Source of the DNA: Tepidisphaera sp.
GTDB taxonomy: Bacteria > Planctomycetota > Phycisphaerae > Phycisphaerales > UBA1924
DNA length: 64,000 bases
Assembly: GCA_050916045.1 (NCBI GenBank)
Contig: CP051526.1
Span: 512,001 to 576,000, forward strand
Direction: 5' to 3'
Made by a program: the position numbers and the translations under genes. Below the pieces are notes generated by a model. The model saw only the letters and a program-made list of their open reading frames with translations, was not told the DNA's origin and searched no databases. Positions 1-10,961 of the stretch are shown piece after piece (the first letter of the stretch is position 1; each line of letters opens with the position of its first letter).

Positions 1-539
1 AACGCCGAGACCTTGTCGGCCAGGGGCATCTCCACTTCCGGCAGCGATTCGACGCCCTTGCACGCCTGAGCGCGGCTTAGCAGATCCTCGACCTGGCCTT
101 TCGCATCGCCGCCGAACGCGTCGACGAACGCCGCGCCCTCGGTCGCAAAGTCGCCGAAAAGCGAATGGGCGAGTGCGTTGCGGTAGCGCACGTTCCCGTC
201 CTCCAGCAGGAGAATGGCGAAGGGCGCGATCTCAAGCGTCTGGCGGTGGCGAGCTTCGCTTTCCGCGACCACACGCCCCGCTTCCGCCTGCTTCATCAGG
301 TGACGCCGGATCATCATCCAGAGCATCGTCGCTGTGAAAATGACGAAGAACGACCCCTTGAGGGTCTGGAAGGTCGTCTCGTTGGAGAATCTTCCGGCGA
401 TCGAGGACGCCGCTCGATCGGACAAAACGATCCAGACAAGCGCGAAGACCGCGTAGAGCCCGGCGATCCGGAAAGCTCCGCGTGCGGCGTTTCCCGCCTG
501 TCCGTCGCTTGAGGCCGGTATCGAGTCGGACTTCTCCAC
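1..539 (-). CDS. Membrane-anchored PAS-domain sensor protein, N-terminal part (runs off the left edge; histidine kinase or cyclase output not visible)
   Basis: Not in the ORF track because it has no stop in the window. Manual translation from GTG at 539, with GGAGG just upstream: VEKSDS...RIAGLYAVFALVWIVLSDR...FQTLKGSFFVIFTATMLWMMIRRH...ESEARHRQTLEIAPFAILLLEDGNVRYRN. This is a two-TM hairpin followed by a PAS-like start. Confidence 0.75.
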   Translation of the reverse strand, partial: MEKSDSIPASSDGQAGNAARGAFRIAGLYAVFALVWIVLSDRAASSIAGRFSNETTFQTLKGSFFVIFTATMLWMMIRRHLMKQAEAGRVVAESEARHRQTLEIAPFAILLLEDGNVRYRNALAHSLFGDFATEGAAFVDAFGGDAKGQVEDLLSRAQACKGVESLPEVEMPLADKVSA

Positions 540-729
540 GAGAAACCTCCGATCAGTTGTCGCGTCCAGCCTACCAGAAGTTCATCAGTCTGTCCAATAA
601 CAAAGTGCGCGGGAACTGCGCTTCGACGGATTGGCACGATATCGAGCTCTGCCACGGCGGCTTCGGCCAAAGTAAGAAACGCGAACGCACGATCCTTCTT
701 CTGAGCGCACGCTCGAGAGGAGATTCGGC

Positions 730-2388
730 ATGATGATCGACCTTGGAGCCCTGGTTCTTGCGTCGGTGCTCTCCCAGCCGGAGGTGCCACAGCCTACCGC
801 CTTTACCTACCAGGGCGAACTCAAAGTCGACAACATTCCCGGGAATATCTCGGCGGATCTGCGATTTCGTCTTTACGACTCGCCGTTCGCCGGGACGCAG
901 ATCGGCCCGATGCTCCAGCCGCCTTCGGTGGCGATCGTGAACGGACGATTCAACACCACGCTCGATTTCGGACCCGGGGTCTTTACTGGGGAGGCGCGCT
1001 GGCTTGAGATTGAGACGCGAGCGCCGGCGGGGGGCGGCTTGTGGACGGTGCTCTCGCCGCGGCAGTTCATCACGGCGGTCCCGTACGCGCTGCATGCGCT
1101 CAACGGCGGTGCTCAAGGCCCGCCCGGTCCTCAGGGCCCCGCAGGTCCCCAAGGCCCCGCAGGTGCTCAGGGCCCCGCGGGTTCTCAGGGGACAACAGGG
1201 CCGCAGGGGCCGGCGGGACCACAGGGCGCTCCGGGGCCGCAGGGTCCTCAGGGTGCGACGGGTCCTCAGGGTCCTGCGGGCGTTTCGCCCTGGCTTTTGC
1301 AAAGCTCAAACGCGTACTACCTGCAGGGAAACGTTGGCGTCGGCATCAATCAGCCCGCGTACCCGCTTCACGTTGAAACGTCGCAGGCCCGGGCGGGGTT
1401 CTTCGCGTCCACGCTTGCGAGCGGTCCGTCGTTCGGCGTGCTCGGCAGAGCGAGCAGCCCGGCGGGTGTCGGCGTGGTGGGGTGGTCTCCCGCGACGAAC
1501 GGGGCCGGTGTCGGCGTGCAGGGTCAGACCGATAGCCCCGGCGGCCGGGGTGTTCAGGGGTGGGCGATCGCGACCACCGGCGAGACGTACGGCGTCTGGG
1601 GGCTTGTCGATTCGCCCGACGGCTTGGGCGTGCTCGGTCACAACCGCGCGACGTCGGGAGCGTCGACGGGCGTGCTGGGCCGCGTGGATTCGAGCGCGAA
1701 CGACGCGGTCGGTATCTATGGCTACGCGGCGGCGACCACGGGCATGACGGCCGGCATCTGGGGCGTGATCGAGTCGAACACGGAAGCCGCGGCGGCGGTG
1801 TACGGCACCGCGACGGCGGCCAATGGCGTCACCATCGGCGTTCTCGGCTCGGTCGATTCGCCCCAGGGGTACGGCGTCTTCGCGATCGGCGACCTTGGGT
1901 CTTCCGGCGTCAAGGAATTCGTGATCGATCATCCGCTGGACCCCGCCAACCGCATCCTCAAGCATTACGCGGCTGAGGGCCCCGAGCCGTACAACATCTA
2001 TCGCGGGATGGTGACGCTTGATGGCGAGGGGACGGCGACGGTGACGCTTCCGGCATACTTCGGAGCGGTGAACAAGGACGAGACGTACCAGCTCACGCCC
2101 ATCGGTGCGCCCGCGCCGGGGCTTTATGTTGCGGAGAAGGTGACCGAGGGGCGATTCCGGATCGCCGGCGGCCCGGCGGGGATCGAGGTCTCGTGGACGG
2201 TGACCGGCTCGCGGAACGATGCGTGGATGCGGTCGCGGCCGGCGCAAGCGGAGGTCGACAAGCCGGAGGGCTGGCGCGGCCGGTACTTCGCGCCGTCGCT
2301 CTTCGGAGCGGGCGAGGAAGCGAGGATCAGGCCGGTGCGCAAGCGTGTTCCGGAGGGTGATCCGGTCTCGGCCGCGGCGCAGGATTGA
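730..2388 (+). CDS. Collagen-like surface fibre protein with N-terminal FTYQG module, GVxG repeats and tail-fibre chaperone-like C-terminus
   Basis: 552 aa ORF with GAGGAG upstream. TAFTYQGEL domain, Gly-X-Y run (GPQGPA), ~15-aa repeats containing GVLG/GVQG/GVWG/GIYG, C-terminal [11 protein letters not shown]...HY..EGPE..YRG. Confidence 0.8.
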   Translation: MMIDLGALVLASVLSQPEVPQPTAFTYQGELKVDNIPGNISADLRFRLYDSPFAGTQIGPMLQPPSVAIVNGRFNTTLDFGPGVFTGEARWLEIETRAPAGGGLWTVLSPRQFITAVPYALHALNGGAQGPPGPQGPAGPQGPAGAQGPAGSQGTTGPQGPAGPQGAPGPQGPQGATGPQGPAGVSPWLLQSSNAYYLQGNVGVGINQPAYPLHVETSQARAGFFASTLASGPSFGVLGRASSPAGVGVVGWSPATNGAGVGVQGQTDSPGGRGVQGWAIATTGETYGVWGLVDSPDGLGVLGHNRATSGASTGVLGRVDSSANDAVGIYGYAAATTGMTAGIWGVIESNTEAAAAVYGTATAANGVTIGVLGSVDSPQGYGVFAIGDLGSSGVKEFVIDHPLDPANRILKHYAAEGPEPYNIYRGMVTLDGEGTATVTLPAYFGAVNKDETYQLTPIGAPAPGLYVAEKVTEGRFRIAGGPAGIEVSWTVTGSRNDAWMRSRPAQAEVDKPEGWRGRYFAPSLFGAGEEARIRPVRKRVPEGDPVSAAAQD

Positions 2389-2474
2389 TCGAGTCTTCGC
2401 GCCGGTTGTGCGGTGCCCGAACGAGCATGCGCCGATACTTGCCGGATCGCTGTTCGATCCGCCAAGGAGGTCGC

Positions 2475-3341
2475 ATGGCCGAGAAGCTCTCGTACCGCGC
2501 GGTGTTCATCAGCGATGTTCATCTCGGATCGGCGGCGAGCAGCGCCGACGCTGCGGCTCAGTTCCTCAAGCACGTTGAGTGCGAGACTCTCTATCTTGTC
2601 GGCGACATCATCGACATGTGGCGGCTTCGCTCCCGCTGGTACTGGCCCGAGACGCACAACAAGTTCATCAGGCGCGTGCTCAAGATGGCCAAGCAGGGGA
2701 CCCGCGTGGTCTTTATCCCCGGGAACCACGACGAGCACGCCCGCGACTATGAAGGGCTCAACTTCGGCGGAGTCGAGCTCGTCCGTGAAGCGATTCATAC
2801 CACCGCTGACGGCCTTCGCCTTCTCATCATCCACGGTGACGAGGTCGATGCGGTCGTCCGTCACCACCGGGCGCTCTCCATGCTCGGCGGCGCGGCGTAC
2901 GACCGGTTGGTCACCATCAACCGATGGTCCAACATCATCCGCCGAGGGATGGGGCTCCAGCCATGGTCGCTCTCGGCGGCGATCAAGCAGCGCGTCAAGC
3001 GGGCGTGCCAGCACGTCGCCAAGTACGAGCAGACCCTGGCCGACGAAGCCTCCCGTCGCGGGCTCGACGGCGTGGTCTGCGGGCACATTCACAAAGCCGA
3101 GGTTCGCACGATCCTGACCCGGGATGGCCGGGAGGTGCAGTACTACAACTGCGGTGACTGGGTGGAGAGCCTGACGGCCCTGGTCGAGCACGACGACGGC
3201 ACGCTCAGGGTCATCAAGCCCGAGCATCTTCTGGCACCGCTTCGCGGGCTCGGGGTTTCGTCCCCGGCGGTCGACGTCATGGTGCCGGTGGAATTCGGCG
3301 AGCGGGGCGTTGCGGCCGCAACCGGGCCGGTCACACGGTAG
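2475..3341 (+). CDS. UDP-2,3-diacylglucosamine diphosphatase-like metallophosphoesterase (LpxH family)
   Basis: Motifs SDVHLG, LVGDIID, PGNHD, HGD, CGHIH, NCGDW; AAGGAGG before ATG 2475. Confidence 0.88.
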   Translation: MAEKLSYRAVFISDVHLGSAASSADAAAQFLKHVECETLYLVGDIIDMWRLRSRWYWPETHNKFIRRVLKMAKQGTRVVFIPGNHDEHARDYEGLNFGGVELVREAIHTTADGLRLLIIHGDEVDAVVRHHRALSMLGGAAYDRLVTINRWSNIIRRGMGLQPWSLSAAIKQRVKRACQHVAKYEQTLADEASRRGLDGVVCGHIHKAEVRTILTRDGREVQYYNCGDWVESLTALVEHDDGTLRVIKPEHLLAPLRGLGVSSPAVDVMVPVEFGERGVAAATGPVTR

Positions 3342-3365
3342 ACCCTCGCCCTGGAGAAACGTTTC

Positions 3366-4205
3366 TTACTTTGCGCCCGAGCTTGCGTACGGATCAGCCG
3401 GTGAAGCGTCCTTGGTCACGATGATCTCGACGCGCTGGTTCGGGCGGTCCTGCGCGTGGTCCGTCGAACGGGCCACGACGCGGTTTGCGTCGCCGCACGC
3501 GACAAGGCGCATCTGCGGCCAGGGGATCCCGTTCCGCGCCAGCGCTCGGCCGGCCGCCAGAGAACGCTCGTAGGCGAGCGCCATGGCTTTCTCAGCGTTG
3601 CGACCGGACTCAAAGGGGCTGACGGACCCGCGAAGCTCGATGATCCATCGCTGGTCCTGCATCTTCTTCGCGATGCGGGCGAGGGTTTCCTGCGCGGTCG
3701 CGTTGAGTTCCGCCGAGCCGTCCTCGAAGCTGATTTTGCCACCGAGGTTCGAGTAGTCCGTCTCGCGGACGGTCTGGGGCCTTTGCCCGGTGCCGATGGG
3801 GCCCTCGTCCTTGCGGGACTCGTCGTGCTGCTGCTTCTTCGCGGCCATGCGGCGCTCGTCGGGGTTCCTGCTCTTGGCGTCAAAGGGCGAGTTGAACCCC
3901 TCGCGGATGGAGATGATGATGGCGTCGGCGCGGCTCATCCCGCCTCCGGACCCGTTGTTTTTGTCGTCGGGCGCGCCGCCCTGCACGGGCTCGCCCTTGG
4001 GGCCCATGTTCATGGCGAGCAGAATCACGAAGAAGCCCATCATGAGCGCGACGTTGTCGGCGAAGGAGATGAGCCACTCTGGTGCGCCCGTTTCCTCGTG
4101 CTCGCCGCCGCCGTGCCCTCCGCCTCCGTGGCCGCCGCCGTGCCCGCCCCCGCCGTGGCCGCCTTCCTCGTGCCCTTCGCCGTGTTTTTCTTCATGTTCG
4201 GACAT
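3366..4205 (-). CDS. motB: Flagellar-type stator protein MotB (OmpA-like C-terminal domain)
   Basis: WLISFADNVALMMGFFVIL TM helix with the conserved Asp; OmpA-like C-terminus (LAYERSL...NQRVEI); directly downstream of motA. Confidence 0.85.
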   Translation of the reverse strand: MSEHEEKHGEGHEEGGHGGGGHGGGHGGGGHGGGEHEETGAPEWLISFADNVALMMGFFVILLAMNMGPKGEPVQGGAPDDKNNGSGGGMSRADAIIISIREGFNSPFDAKSRNPDERRMAAKKQQHDESRKDEGPIGTGQRPQTVRETDYSNLGGKISFEDGSAELNATAQETLARIAKKMQDQRWIIELRGSVSPFESGRNAEKAMALAYERSLAAGRALARNGIPWPQMRLVACGDANRVVARSTDHAQDRPNQRVEIIVTKDASPADPYASSGAK

Positions 4206-4222
4206 GGATGGGTCCCGGAGGG

Positions 4223-5005
4223 TTAGGCGGCTTTATTCATCTTGCTTCGGGCGAAAGCGGGGACGAACGCCATGACCTTGTCCTGGGTGACGCGCGGGTT
4301 GTCGCCGGCCTGGATCGAAAGCACGCCCTGCAGGATCATCTCGCGGTTGAGGATCTCCTCTCCCGACTTGATGCCGAGTTTGTCGCCGATGGGGCCGGCG
4401 ATGGCGTTGGCGATGATCGCGCCGTACATGGTCGCCACGACGGCGATGGCCAGAGCGTGACCGAGAGCGCCGATGTCGGCGGAAGCGAGCTGGCCGAACA
4501 TGCCGACCTGTCCGACGAGGGTTCCGACGAGGCCGTAACCCGGGCCGTAGGTCTTGATGAGGTCAAAGAATTTCTTTCCGGCTTTGTGCCGGTCCTGCAT
4601 GGCCATGATCTCCATGCGGGCGGTCGCTTCGATGTTCGCCGGTTCCACGCCATCCACAGCCATTTTGAGCGCCGCGGCCAGGAACGGTTCCTTGATTTTG
4701 GCGATCTCGGATTCGAGCGCGAGAATGCCGTCTTTGCGGGCTTTGTCCGCGAGGGTCCCCATGAGCTTGACCACCTCGATGGTGGGCATGCCCTTGCTGA
4801 AGAGGAAAGCTTTCATGTAGCCGGGAACCTGCTTGAGCTTTTCCATCGGCATGGCCACGAACACGACCGAGACCGAGCCGCAACCGACCATCAGCACGCC
4901 TTCGCCCGAAAAGAACATCATGAGGTTGCCGTGGGACACCTCGACGAAGACGACGCCCAGAGCCGCGGCACCGATGAACATTCCGATGAGTGAGGCGATG
5001 TCCAA
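4223..5005 (-). CDS. motA: Flagellar-type stator protein MotA/PomA
   Basis: MDIASLIG start (TTG), ARKDGILALE, GPGYGLVGTLVG, ATMYG..IAN, GVLSIQAGDNPR. Confidence 0.92.
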   Translation of the reverse strand: MDIASLIGMFIGAAALGVVFVEVSHGNLMMFFSGEGVLMVGCGSVSVVFVAMPMEKLKQVPGYMKAFLFSKGMPTIEVVKLMGTLADKARKDGILALESEIAKIKEPFLAAALKMAVDGVEPANIEATARMEIMAMQDRHKAGKKFFDLIKTYGPGYGLVGTLVGQVGMFGQLASADIGALGHALAIAVVATMYGAIIANAIAGPIGDKLGIKSGEEILNREMILQGVLSIQAGDNPRVTQDKVMAFVPAFARSKMNKAA

Positions 5006-5340
5006 GGGATTCCCCGAGGTGCTTCCAGGGTCTTCGGCCCGCGCGGGCCAACTGCTCTAGGTCGTATCGGTCGGATCGCGAGCGAAATGAAGTCCCGCCC
5101 GGTGAAGACGCGCGTTGATGGATGAAGGAATCCTCACGCTTGTAACTTTGTCTGTTGCCTCAGATGACTTTCGTCATCGATCTGGAGAATTCGCGCGAAA
5201 AGTGCGCAAACTGGTTGCACCGATTGAGGTGGGCAGGCAGGCTGGCCGGCCCCATGGTGTTCGCTTGACGGCGAATGGTCCGGGGTTGGGCACCGTCGCG
5301 TCACGGTGCCAAGAGCACGTATCTCGATCTGGAGGGTCTC

Positions 5341-8300
5341 ATGCAGAGGAAATCGTTGAACGCGCGAATGGGTCTGATTCTCGGGCTCGCTCTCGCGGGA
5401 GGAACCTTGCTGGTTCCGGCGTCGATGGTCGGTTCCCCCGCGCTCGCGCGGGCGTCGGGTCCCACGACGCAGGAGTTCACGTATCAGGGCAAATTGACCC
5501 AGAACAACGCGGTGGTGAACGGCACGGCCGACCTGCGGTTTACGCTCTGGGATTCTTCGGGTCTGGGCACGCAGATCGGGCCGGTCCTTGGCGCCAACGG
5601 CGTCACGGTGTCGAACGGTCTGGTGACGGTCCTGCTGGACTTTGGTCCGGGAACCTTCACGGGTGATGGTCGCTGGCTTGAGATCGAAGCCCGAGTGCCG
5701 GCGGGGACGGGCACGTGGGAGACTTTGACGCCGCGGCAGTCGATCACGCCGACGCCGTACGCGCTGTACTCGCTGAATCCCGGCCCGGCGGGCCCTCAGG
5801 GTCCGATGGGTCCGCAGGGGCCGGCTGGTCCGCAGGGTGCGGCCGGACCGCAGGGGCCGCAGGGCACTCAGGGTGTGCCTGGTTCGACGGGTCCGCAGGG
5901 GCCGGCGGGCGCTCAGGGCCCGATCGGGCCTGCGGGGCCGCAGGGTCCGATCGGACCGGTGGGTCCGCAGGGTGACCCGGGGCTGGTGTGGGTTGGCACC
6001 TGGCTTCCGATGCAGGTGTATCTGCCGGGCAACGCGGTGTACTTCAATGGTTCTTCGTGGCGGTCGCTGACGGTCAACTTTGGAAGCCAGCCGGACACGA
6101 GCCCGGCGGACTGGACGCTGGTTGCACTCAAGGGCAATGACGGTGCGACGGGCCCGCAAGGGCCGGTCGGCCCGGCCGGAGCGACGGGTCCGCAGGGGCC
6201 CGCCGGCCCGCAGGGAGCTGCTGGAAATGACGGCGCGACCGGACCCCAAGGCCCCGCCGGTCCGCAGGGGCCTGCTGGCAACGATGGAGCTCAGGGCCCT
6301 CAGGGCCCGCAGGGTCCCGCAGGCAATGACGGTGCTCAGGGGCCGGCTGGTCCTGCTGGCAACGACGGAGCCCAGGGCCCGCAGGGTCCGGCCGGGAACG
6401 ACGGTGCGACGGGTCCTCAGGGGCCCGCGGGCAATGATGGCGCTCAGGGACCGGCTGGTCCCCAAGGGCCTGCCGGAAATGATGGAGCTCAGGGGCCGCA
6501 GGGTCCGCAAGGCCCGGTCGGTCCGGTTGGTCCGGTTGGCGCTCAGGGCCCTCAGGGTTCTCAGGGACCCGCTGGCAATGACGGCGCTCAAGGCCCCCAG
6601 GGGCCGCAGGGGCCTCAAGGTCCTGTTGGCGCGACGGGTCCGGCCGGCGCGGACGGGATCGATGCGGCGCGATACGTCGTCGATGCGGCCGGATTCGGCA
6701 CGCACACGAGCGTGCAAGCGGCGATCGCGCAGGCCGATGCGGATCGATCTGGTAACCCGAACGTGCAGGTGAACATTCTGGTTCGCGCGGGCACGTACAA
6801 CGAGAACGTGACGCTTCTGGGCGGCATGCACCTGACGGCGGTTCAGCCGGGCCGCGCGTTCGCAACGCAGATCAACGGCCAAGTGACGCTTGCGTCGGGC
6901 GGCATCGCATCGATGCGTGGCATCCACATCGCTTCGACCACGGGCGATGCGCTGACGGTGACGGGAAATGCGAACCCGACGCAGCTCTACATCTATGACG
7001 CCAACGTGGAGGCCAACGGGGCCGCGGCGGACAACGCGGTCGAAGTGAGCACGGTGCTTGGCGGCTCATCGGGCGTGATCTTTGACAACGTGAACTTCCG
7101 TAAGCCTTCGGGCGCACCCGGCCTTGCGGCCAACGTCGTCTCGGGCACGCTTCAGGGCACGGGGGGCACGATCAACGGCGGGGTGCCGACGGCGACGGCC
7201 GTGCAGGTGTCCGACGGTCCCAACGGCTACGGCCGCGCGTGGATCAAGAGCTCGGACATCTTCGGGCCGGTGGTCGCTTCGAGCCTGATCGCGCCGCCGA
7301 GCGCGGCGGTGGTGGACATCGGCAACAGCCAGATTCGCTCGGGCACGCTTGCGGCGGTGCAGGATTCGACGCCGGGCATCGTGCAGGTGACGGACTCGTA
7401 TCTGCAGTCGGCGGTGGTGGGCGACATCGCATCGTCGGACGGCAACTTCTATTACGCGCAGCTGACGTTCCTGCCGGGGTCGCAGACGATGCCGGCGGCG
7501 GCTTCGCTGCTTCCGGGCACGGGTCCGAGCGGTCCGGCGGGTCCTGCCGGTCCTCAGGGTCCTCAGGGCACGGCGGGTGCGAACGGCAACGACGGTGCTC
7601 AGGGCCCCGCAGGTCCGCAGGGGCCTGCCGGTGCTGACGGCGCGGCGGGTCCGGCGGGTCCCGCCGGGGCCGACGGCCTTGACGGCGCGCCCGGTCCGCA
7701 GGGTCCGGCCGGCAACGACGGGGCGCAGGGCCCCGCGGGGCTTCCGGCGGCCAAGTACATCGTGGCGACGACGCTGACGGACAACGCGACGCACACAAGC
7801 CTGAACGCGGCGATCCAGCAGGCGGTCGCGGACGGGTACGGCTTGTCGAACCAGACGACGATCCTCGTCCGTCCGGGGTTCTACACGGAGAACGTGGACC
7901 TCAAGGGCGGCATCCACGTCGTGGCGGCGGCTCCGGCCAAGCACTTCACCACGCAGTTCACGGGCAACGCGACCTACATCAACCAGGGTGGCCCGGTGAC
8001 GATCGTCGGGATTGAGTTCCTCGCCACCAGCGGCGACGCTCTTGAAATCACGAGCGGCGTCGCGGGCTCACAGATCTATGTGACCGGCGGCGGGTTCACG
8101 GCCACGACGACGGGTGACGACGCGGTGCAGATCAACGTGCTGATGTCCGGCGCGACGCCGGGCCTCATTCACGATGATGTACTTTTCCGCACGCAGGGAG
8201 CGGCGACCGGCTTCCCCGTGAATGTGATCAACGGAACGATTCAGGGTCGAGCGGGCACGTTTAGCCCGGCGAGCAACAACGCGGCGGCGATGTCGCTTGC

Positions 8301-10494
8301 CAACGGCGGGCGGGCGTGGCTTCGCGATGCGGACGTCTTCGGCCGCGTCATCGCGACCGGCGCCTCCTCGTTCCAGGCCAGGTACAGCCAGCTTCGTCCG
8401 GGGACTTTCCCCTCGGTGATCGATACGTCGAGCGGCACGCACATCCTGCAGGACTGCTTGGTGGGAAGCCCGGCGATCGGCTACACCGGCGATGCGTTCA
8501 CGTCTGACGGCGGCGGAGCGTTCTGGTACGGCGGGCTGCAGTTCACGCCCCCGTATGTCGCTTCGATCCCGGCGGGTCCGTCCGCTCCGACGCTGCTTGC
8601 GGGGACCGGTCCGAGCGGGCCCGCGGGCCCGGCCGGTCCGCAGGGTCCTGCCGGTGCGCAAGGCCCTCAAGGCCCGGCGGGCGCGAACGGCAACGACGGA
8701 GCCCAGGGTCCGCAGGGACCGCAGGGTCCCGCTGGTGCGAACGGCAATGACGGAGCCCAGGGCCCGATGGGCCCGGCTGGTCCGCAGGGTCCGGCTGGTG
8801 GTCAGGGCCCCGTCGGTCCGCAGGGACCCGCGGGTGAGAACGCGGCGCAGTACGTCGTCGGCCCCACGCTGACGGACGGCGCGACGCACACGTCGATCCA
8901 GGCTGCGATCAACGCCGCGCTCGCCGATGGGTTCGGCGGCGGCAACCGGGTGACCGTGCTGGTCCGTCCGGGCACGTACACCGGGGATGTGACGCTGGCT
9001 GAAGGCGTGCACGTGATGGCGGTGACGGGCGCGAAGAGCTTCTCGACGCAGATCAACGGCCGCGTCAGCCTCGCGGCCGGTGTGACGAGCCTGACGGGTA
9101 TTGACATCAACGCGGCGACGGGCGATGCGCTGACGGTTGCCGGCGTCGTCAATCCGACGCAGCTCTACATCGCGGATTCGGTGGTGTACGCGTACGGAGC
9201 GGACAACGCGGTGGAGATCGCGACGCCGGTGGGCGGCTCCTCGGGCGTGATCTTTGACAACGTGAACTTCCGCAACATCGGCGGGACGGGCGCGGCGGCC
9301 AACGTGCTGAGCGGCACGATCCAGGGCCGGAGCGGCACGTTCTGGCCGGCGAGCCAGACGACGGCGGCGATCGCGCTGTCGGGCAACGCGACGGACTACG
9401 GCCGCGCGTGGGTCGGGACTTCCGACATCTTCGGCAAGGTGACGGCCACGGGCACGCCGCCGCCGACGGCTTCGGTGTTCCAAGCCCGGAGCAGCCAGAT
9501 CCGTTCGGGATCGGGCTTTGCGGTGGAGGACAGCAGCACGGGTTCGATCCTGCTGCTTGATGTGGCGATCCAGTCGACGACGCCGACGGACGTGGTGTCG
9601 ACGGACGGGAACCTGTTCTACGGGCAACTGACGTACTCGCTTCCGGGTCAGACGATGCCTGGAGCGGCGGCGCTTCTGCCGGGCTCGGGCCCGGCGGGTC
9701 CGCAAGGGCCGCAGGGTGCTCAGGGCGCTCAAGGCCCCCAGGGTGCGACCGGTCCGCAGGGACCGCAGGGTGCGATGGGCGCTCAGGGTCCGCAAGGGCT
9801 CACGGGTCCGGCGGGTACGACGGATTGGAACGGGCTGGCCAACATCCCGGCGGGCTTTGCCGACAACATCGATAACGACACGCTCTACACAGCGGGCCCG
9901 GGTCTGGATCTGACGGGCAACCAGTTCTCGATCCCCGACGCCGCCCTCACCACCCTCATGCTCCAGGATGAGTCGGTGACCGCCGCCAAGATCGCCAACC
10001 GCACCCGTCAGATCTTCATCTCCCCCGGCGAGATGTTCACCGGGAACTCCAACACCTTCGTCGGGCGCATCAACACTACGTCCGGATCCGGTGCCGTCAG
10101 CGCTCTGGGCGTTGGGCTCAACAACAGCGCTTCCCCCGAGAATCCTTACGCCAGCATGACGTTCATCATCCCCGCGGACTACATCGCCGGGGCCGCCCCC
10201 AACATGCAGATCCTCTACGGCACCGACAACAACTCCGGAAACGTCACGCTCGAAGTCTTCTACTCCAAGTCCACCGACCTGACTGGTTCGGGCAGCCAGG
10301 TCACATTCCGCGGGAACGTCAGCGCCCCGCAGACCGGGAACCAGATCCAGACGACGACGGTCACCGTTGGGTCTCCGCCCACCTGGAACCCCGGTGACGT
10401 CATCATCCTCAACGTGCAACGCCTCACGAGCGACCTGAACACCGGGAACGTCTACCTTTACGGCGTGAAGTTCGACTACACCGCCGATCAATAA
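5341..10494 (+). CDS. Giant collagen-like fibre/adhesin: signal peptide, FTYQG module, collagen segments, CBM5/12-like motif, three pectin-lyase-like modules, C-terminal tip domain
   Basis: Long ORF with GGAGGG before ATG 5341. EFTYQGKL; repeated [31 protein letters not shown]; three modules with THTS(V/L/I)(Q/N)AAI...LVR(A/P)G(T/F)Y. Confidence 0.85.
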   Translation: MQRKSLNARMGLILGLALAGGTLLVPASMVGSPALARASGPTTQEFTYQGKLTQNNAVVNGTADLRFTLWDSSGLGTQIGPVLGANGVTVSNGLVTVLLDFGPGTFTGDGRWLEIEARVPAGTGTWETLTPRQSITPTPYALYSLNPGPAGPQGPMGPQGPAGPQGAAGPQGPQGTQGVPGSTGPQGPAGAQGPIGPAGPQGPIGPVGPQGDPGLVWVGTWLPMQVYLPGNAVYFNGSSWRSLTVNFGSQPDTSPADWTLVALKGNDGATGPQGPVGPAGATGPQGPAGPQGAAGNDGATGPQGPAGPQGPAGNDGAQGPQGPQGPAGNDGAQGPAGPAGNDGAQGPQGPAGNDGATGPQGPAGNDGAQGPAGPQGPAGNDGAQGPQGPQGPVGPVGPVGAQGPQGSQGPAGNDGAQGPQGPQGPQGPVGATGPAGADGIDAARYVVDAAGFGTHTSVQAAIAQADADRSGNPNVQVNILVRAGTYNENVTLLGGMHLTAVQPGRAFATQINGQVTLASGGIASMRGIHIASTTGDALTVTGNANPTQLYIYDANVEANGAAADNAVEVSTVLGGSSGVIFDNVNFRKPSGAPGLAANVVSGTLQGTGGTINGGVPTATAVQVSDGPNGYGRAWIKSSDIFGPVVASSLIAPPSAAVVDIGNSQIRSGTLAAVQDSTPGIVQVTDSYLQSAVVGDIASSDGNFYYAQLTFLPGSQTMPAAASLLPGTGPSGPAGPAGPQGPQGTAGANGNDGAQGPAGPQGPAGADGAAGPAGPAGADGLDGAPGPQGPAGNDGAQGPAGLPAAKYIVATTLTDNATHTSLNAAIQQAVADGYGLSNQTTILVRPGFYTENVDLKGGIHVVAAAPAKHFTTQFTGNATYINQGGPVTIVGIEFLATSGDALEITSGVAGSQIYVTGGGFTATTTGDDAVQINVLMSGATPGLIHDDVLFRTQGAATGFPVNVINGTIQGRAGTFSPASNNAAAMSLANGGRAWLRDADVFGRVIATGASSFQARYSQLRPGTFPSVIDTSSGTHILQDCLVGSPAIGYTGDAFTSDGGGAFWYGGLQFTPPYVASIPAGPSAPTLLAGTGPSGPAGPAGPQGPAGAQGPQGPAGANGNDGAQGPQGPQGPAGANGNDGAQGPMGPAGPQGPAGGQGPVGPQGPAGENAAQYVVGPTLTDGATHTSIQAAINAALADGFGGGNRVTVLVRPGTYTGDVTLAEGVHVMAVTGAKSFSTQINGRVSLAAGVTSLTGIDINAATGDALTVAGVVNPTQLYIADSVVYAYGADNAVEIATPVGGSSGVIFDNVNFRNIGGTGAAANVLSGTIQGRSGTFWPASQTTAAIALSGNATDYGRAWVGTSDIFGKVTATGTPPPTASVFQARSSQIRSGSGFAVEDSSTGSILLLDVAIQSTTPTDVVSTDGNLFYGQLTYSLPGQTMPGAAALLPGSGPAGPQGPQGAQGAQGPQGATGPQGPQGAMGAQGPQGLTGPAGTTDWNGLANIPAGFADNIDNDTLYTAGPGLDLTGNQFSIPDAALTTLMLQDESVTAAKIANRTRQIFISPGEMFTGNSNTFVGRINTTSGSGAVSALGVGLNNSASPENPYASMTFIIPADYIAGAAPNMQILYGTDNNSGNVTLEVFYSKSTDLTGSGSQVTFRGNVSAPQTGNQIQTTTVTVGSPPTWNPGDVIILNVQRLTSDLNTGNVYLYGVKFDYTADQ

Positions 10495-10526
10495 CCCTCA
10501 TGCCGAACTACGAAAGGAGATTCGAC

Positions 10527-10940
10527 ATGAGCAGACTGATCCCCCTCATCTTCATCCTCGCCGCTGCCCTCGCGGGCTCGGCCCGGGCCCAGCTCGCGAT
10601 GGACTGGCACACGTTCGACGGCGGCGGCGGGACCAGCAGCGGAGCGACGCTCACGCTGCAGGGAACGATCGGCCAGCCGGACGGGACGGCCCCGGACGCT
10701 TCGTCGGGCGCGACGCTTGCGATCGGCGGCGGGTTCTGGACTGGGCTGACGCTTCCGGATCCGTGCCCGGCGGACTTCAACGGGGACGGGTTCCTCGATT
10801 TCTTCGACTACGACGCGTATGTCGAGTGCTATGAGACGGAGGTCTGCCCTCCGGGCAAGACCGCCGACTTCAACAACGACGGGTTCGTGGACTTCTTTGA
10901 CTACGACGACTTCGTGCTGTTCTACGAGACGGGCTGCTGA
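10527..10940 (+). CDS. Small secreted protein: DGGG...GTIGQPD domain plus double GC-type dockerin-like tag
   Basis: AAAGGAGA before ATG 10527; signal peptide ending [26 protein letters not shown]...[20 protein letters not shown]...[14 protein letters not shown]...ETGC*. Confidence 0.85.
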   Translation: MSRLIPLIFILAAALAGSARAQLAMDWHTFDGGGGTSSGATLTLQGTIGQPDGTAPDASSGATLAIGGGFWTGLTLPDPCPADFNGDGFLDFFDYDAYVECYETEVCPPGKTADFNNDGFVDFFDYDDFVLFYETGC

Positions 10941-10961
10941 GAGCCGCGGATCGCGTGAATC

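Noticed and set aside
632..647. Sigma54 promoter (TGGCACG...) upstream of the first fibre gene
   Set aside because: The GC dinucleotide is not at the required GG-N10-GC spacing.
3366..5005. motAB as Zorya ZorAB anti-phage system
   Set aside because: MotA is normal length with flagellar-type motifs, has no long ZorA tail, and no zorC/D/E genes are adjacent.
5780..9820. Short direct DNA repeats resembling a CRISPR or tandem array
   Set aside because: They are Gly-X-Y collagen codons within a CDS; no constant repeat with unique spacers and no cas genes.
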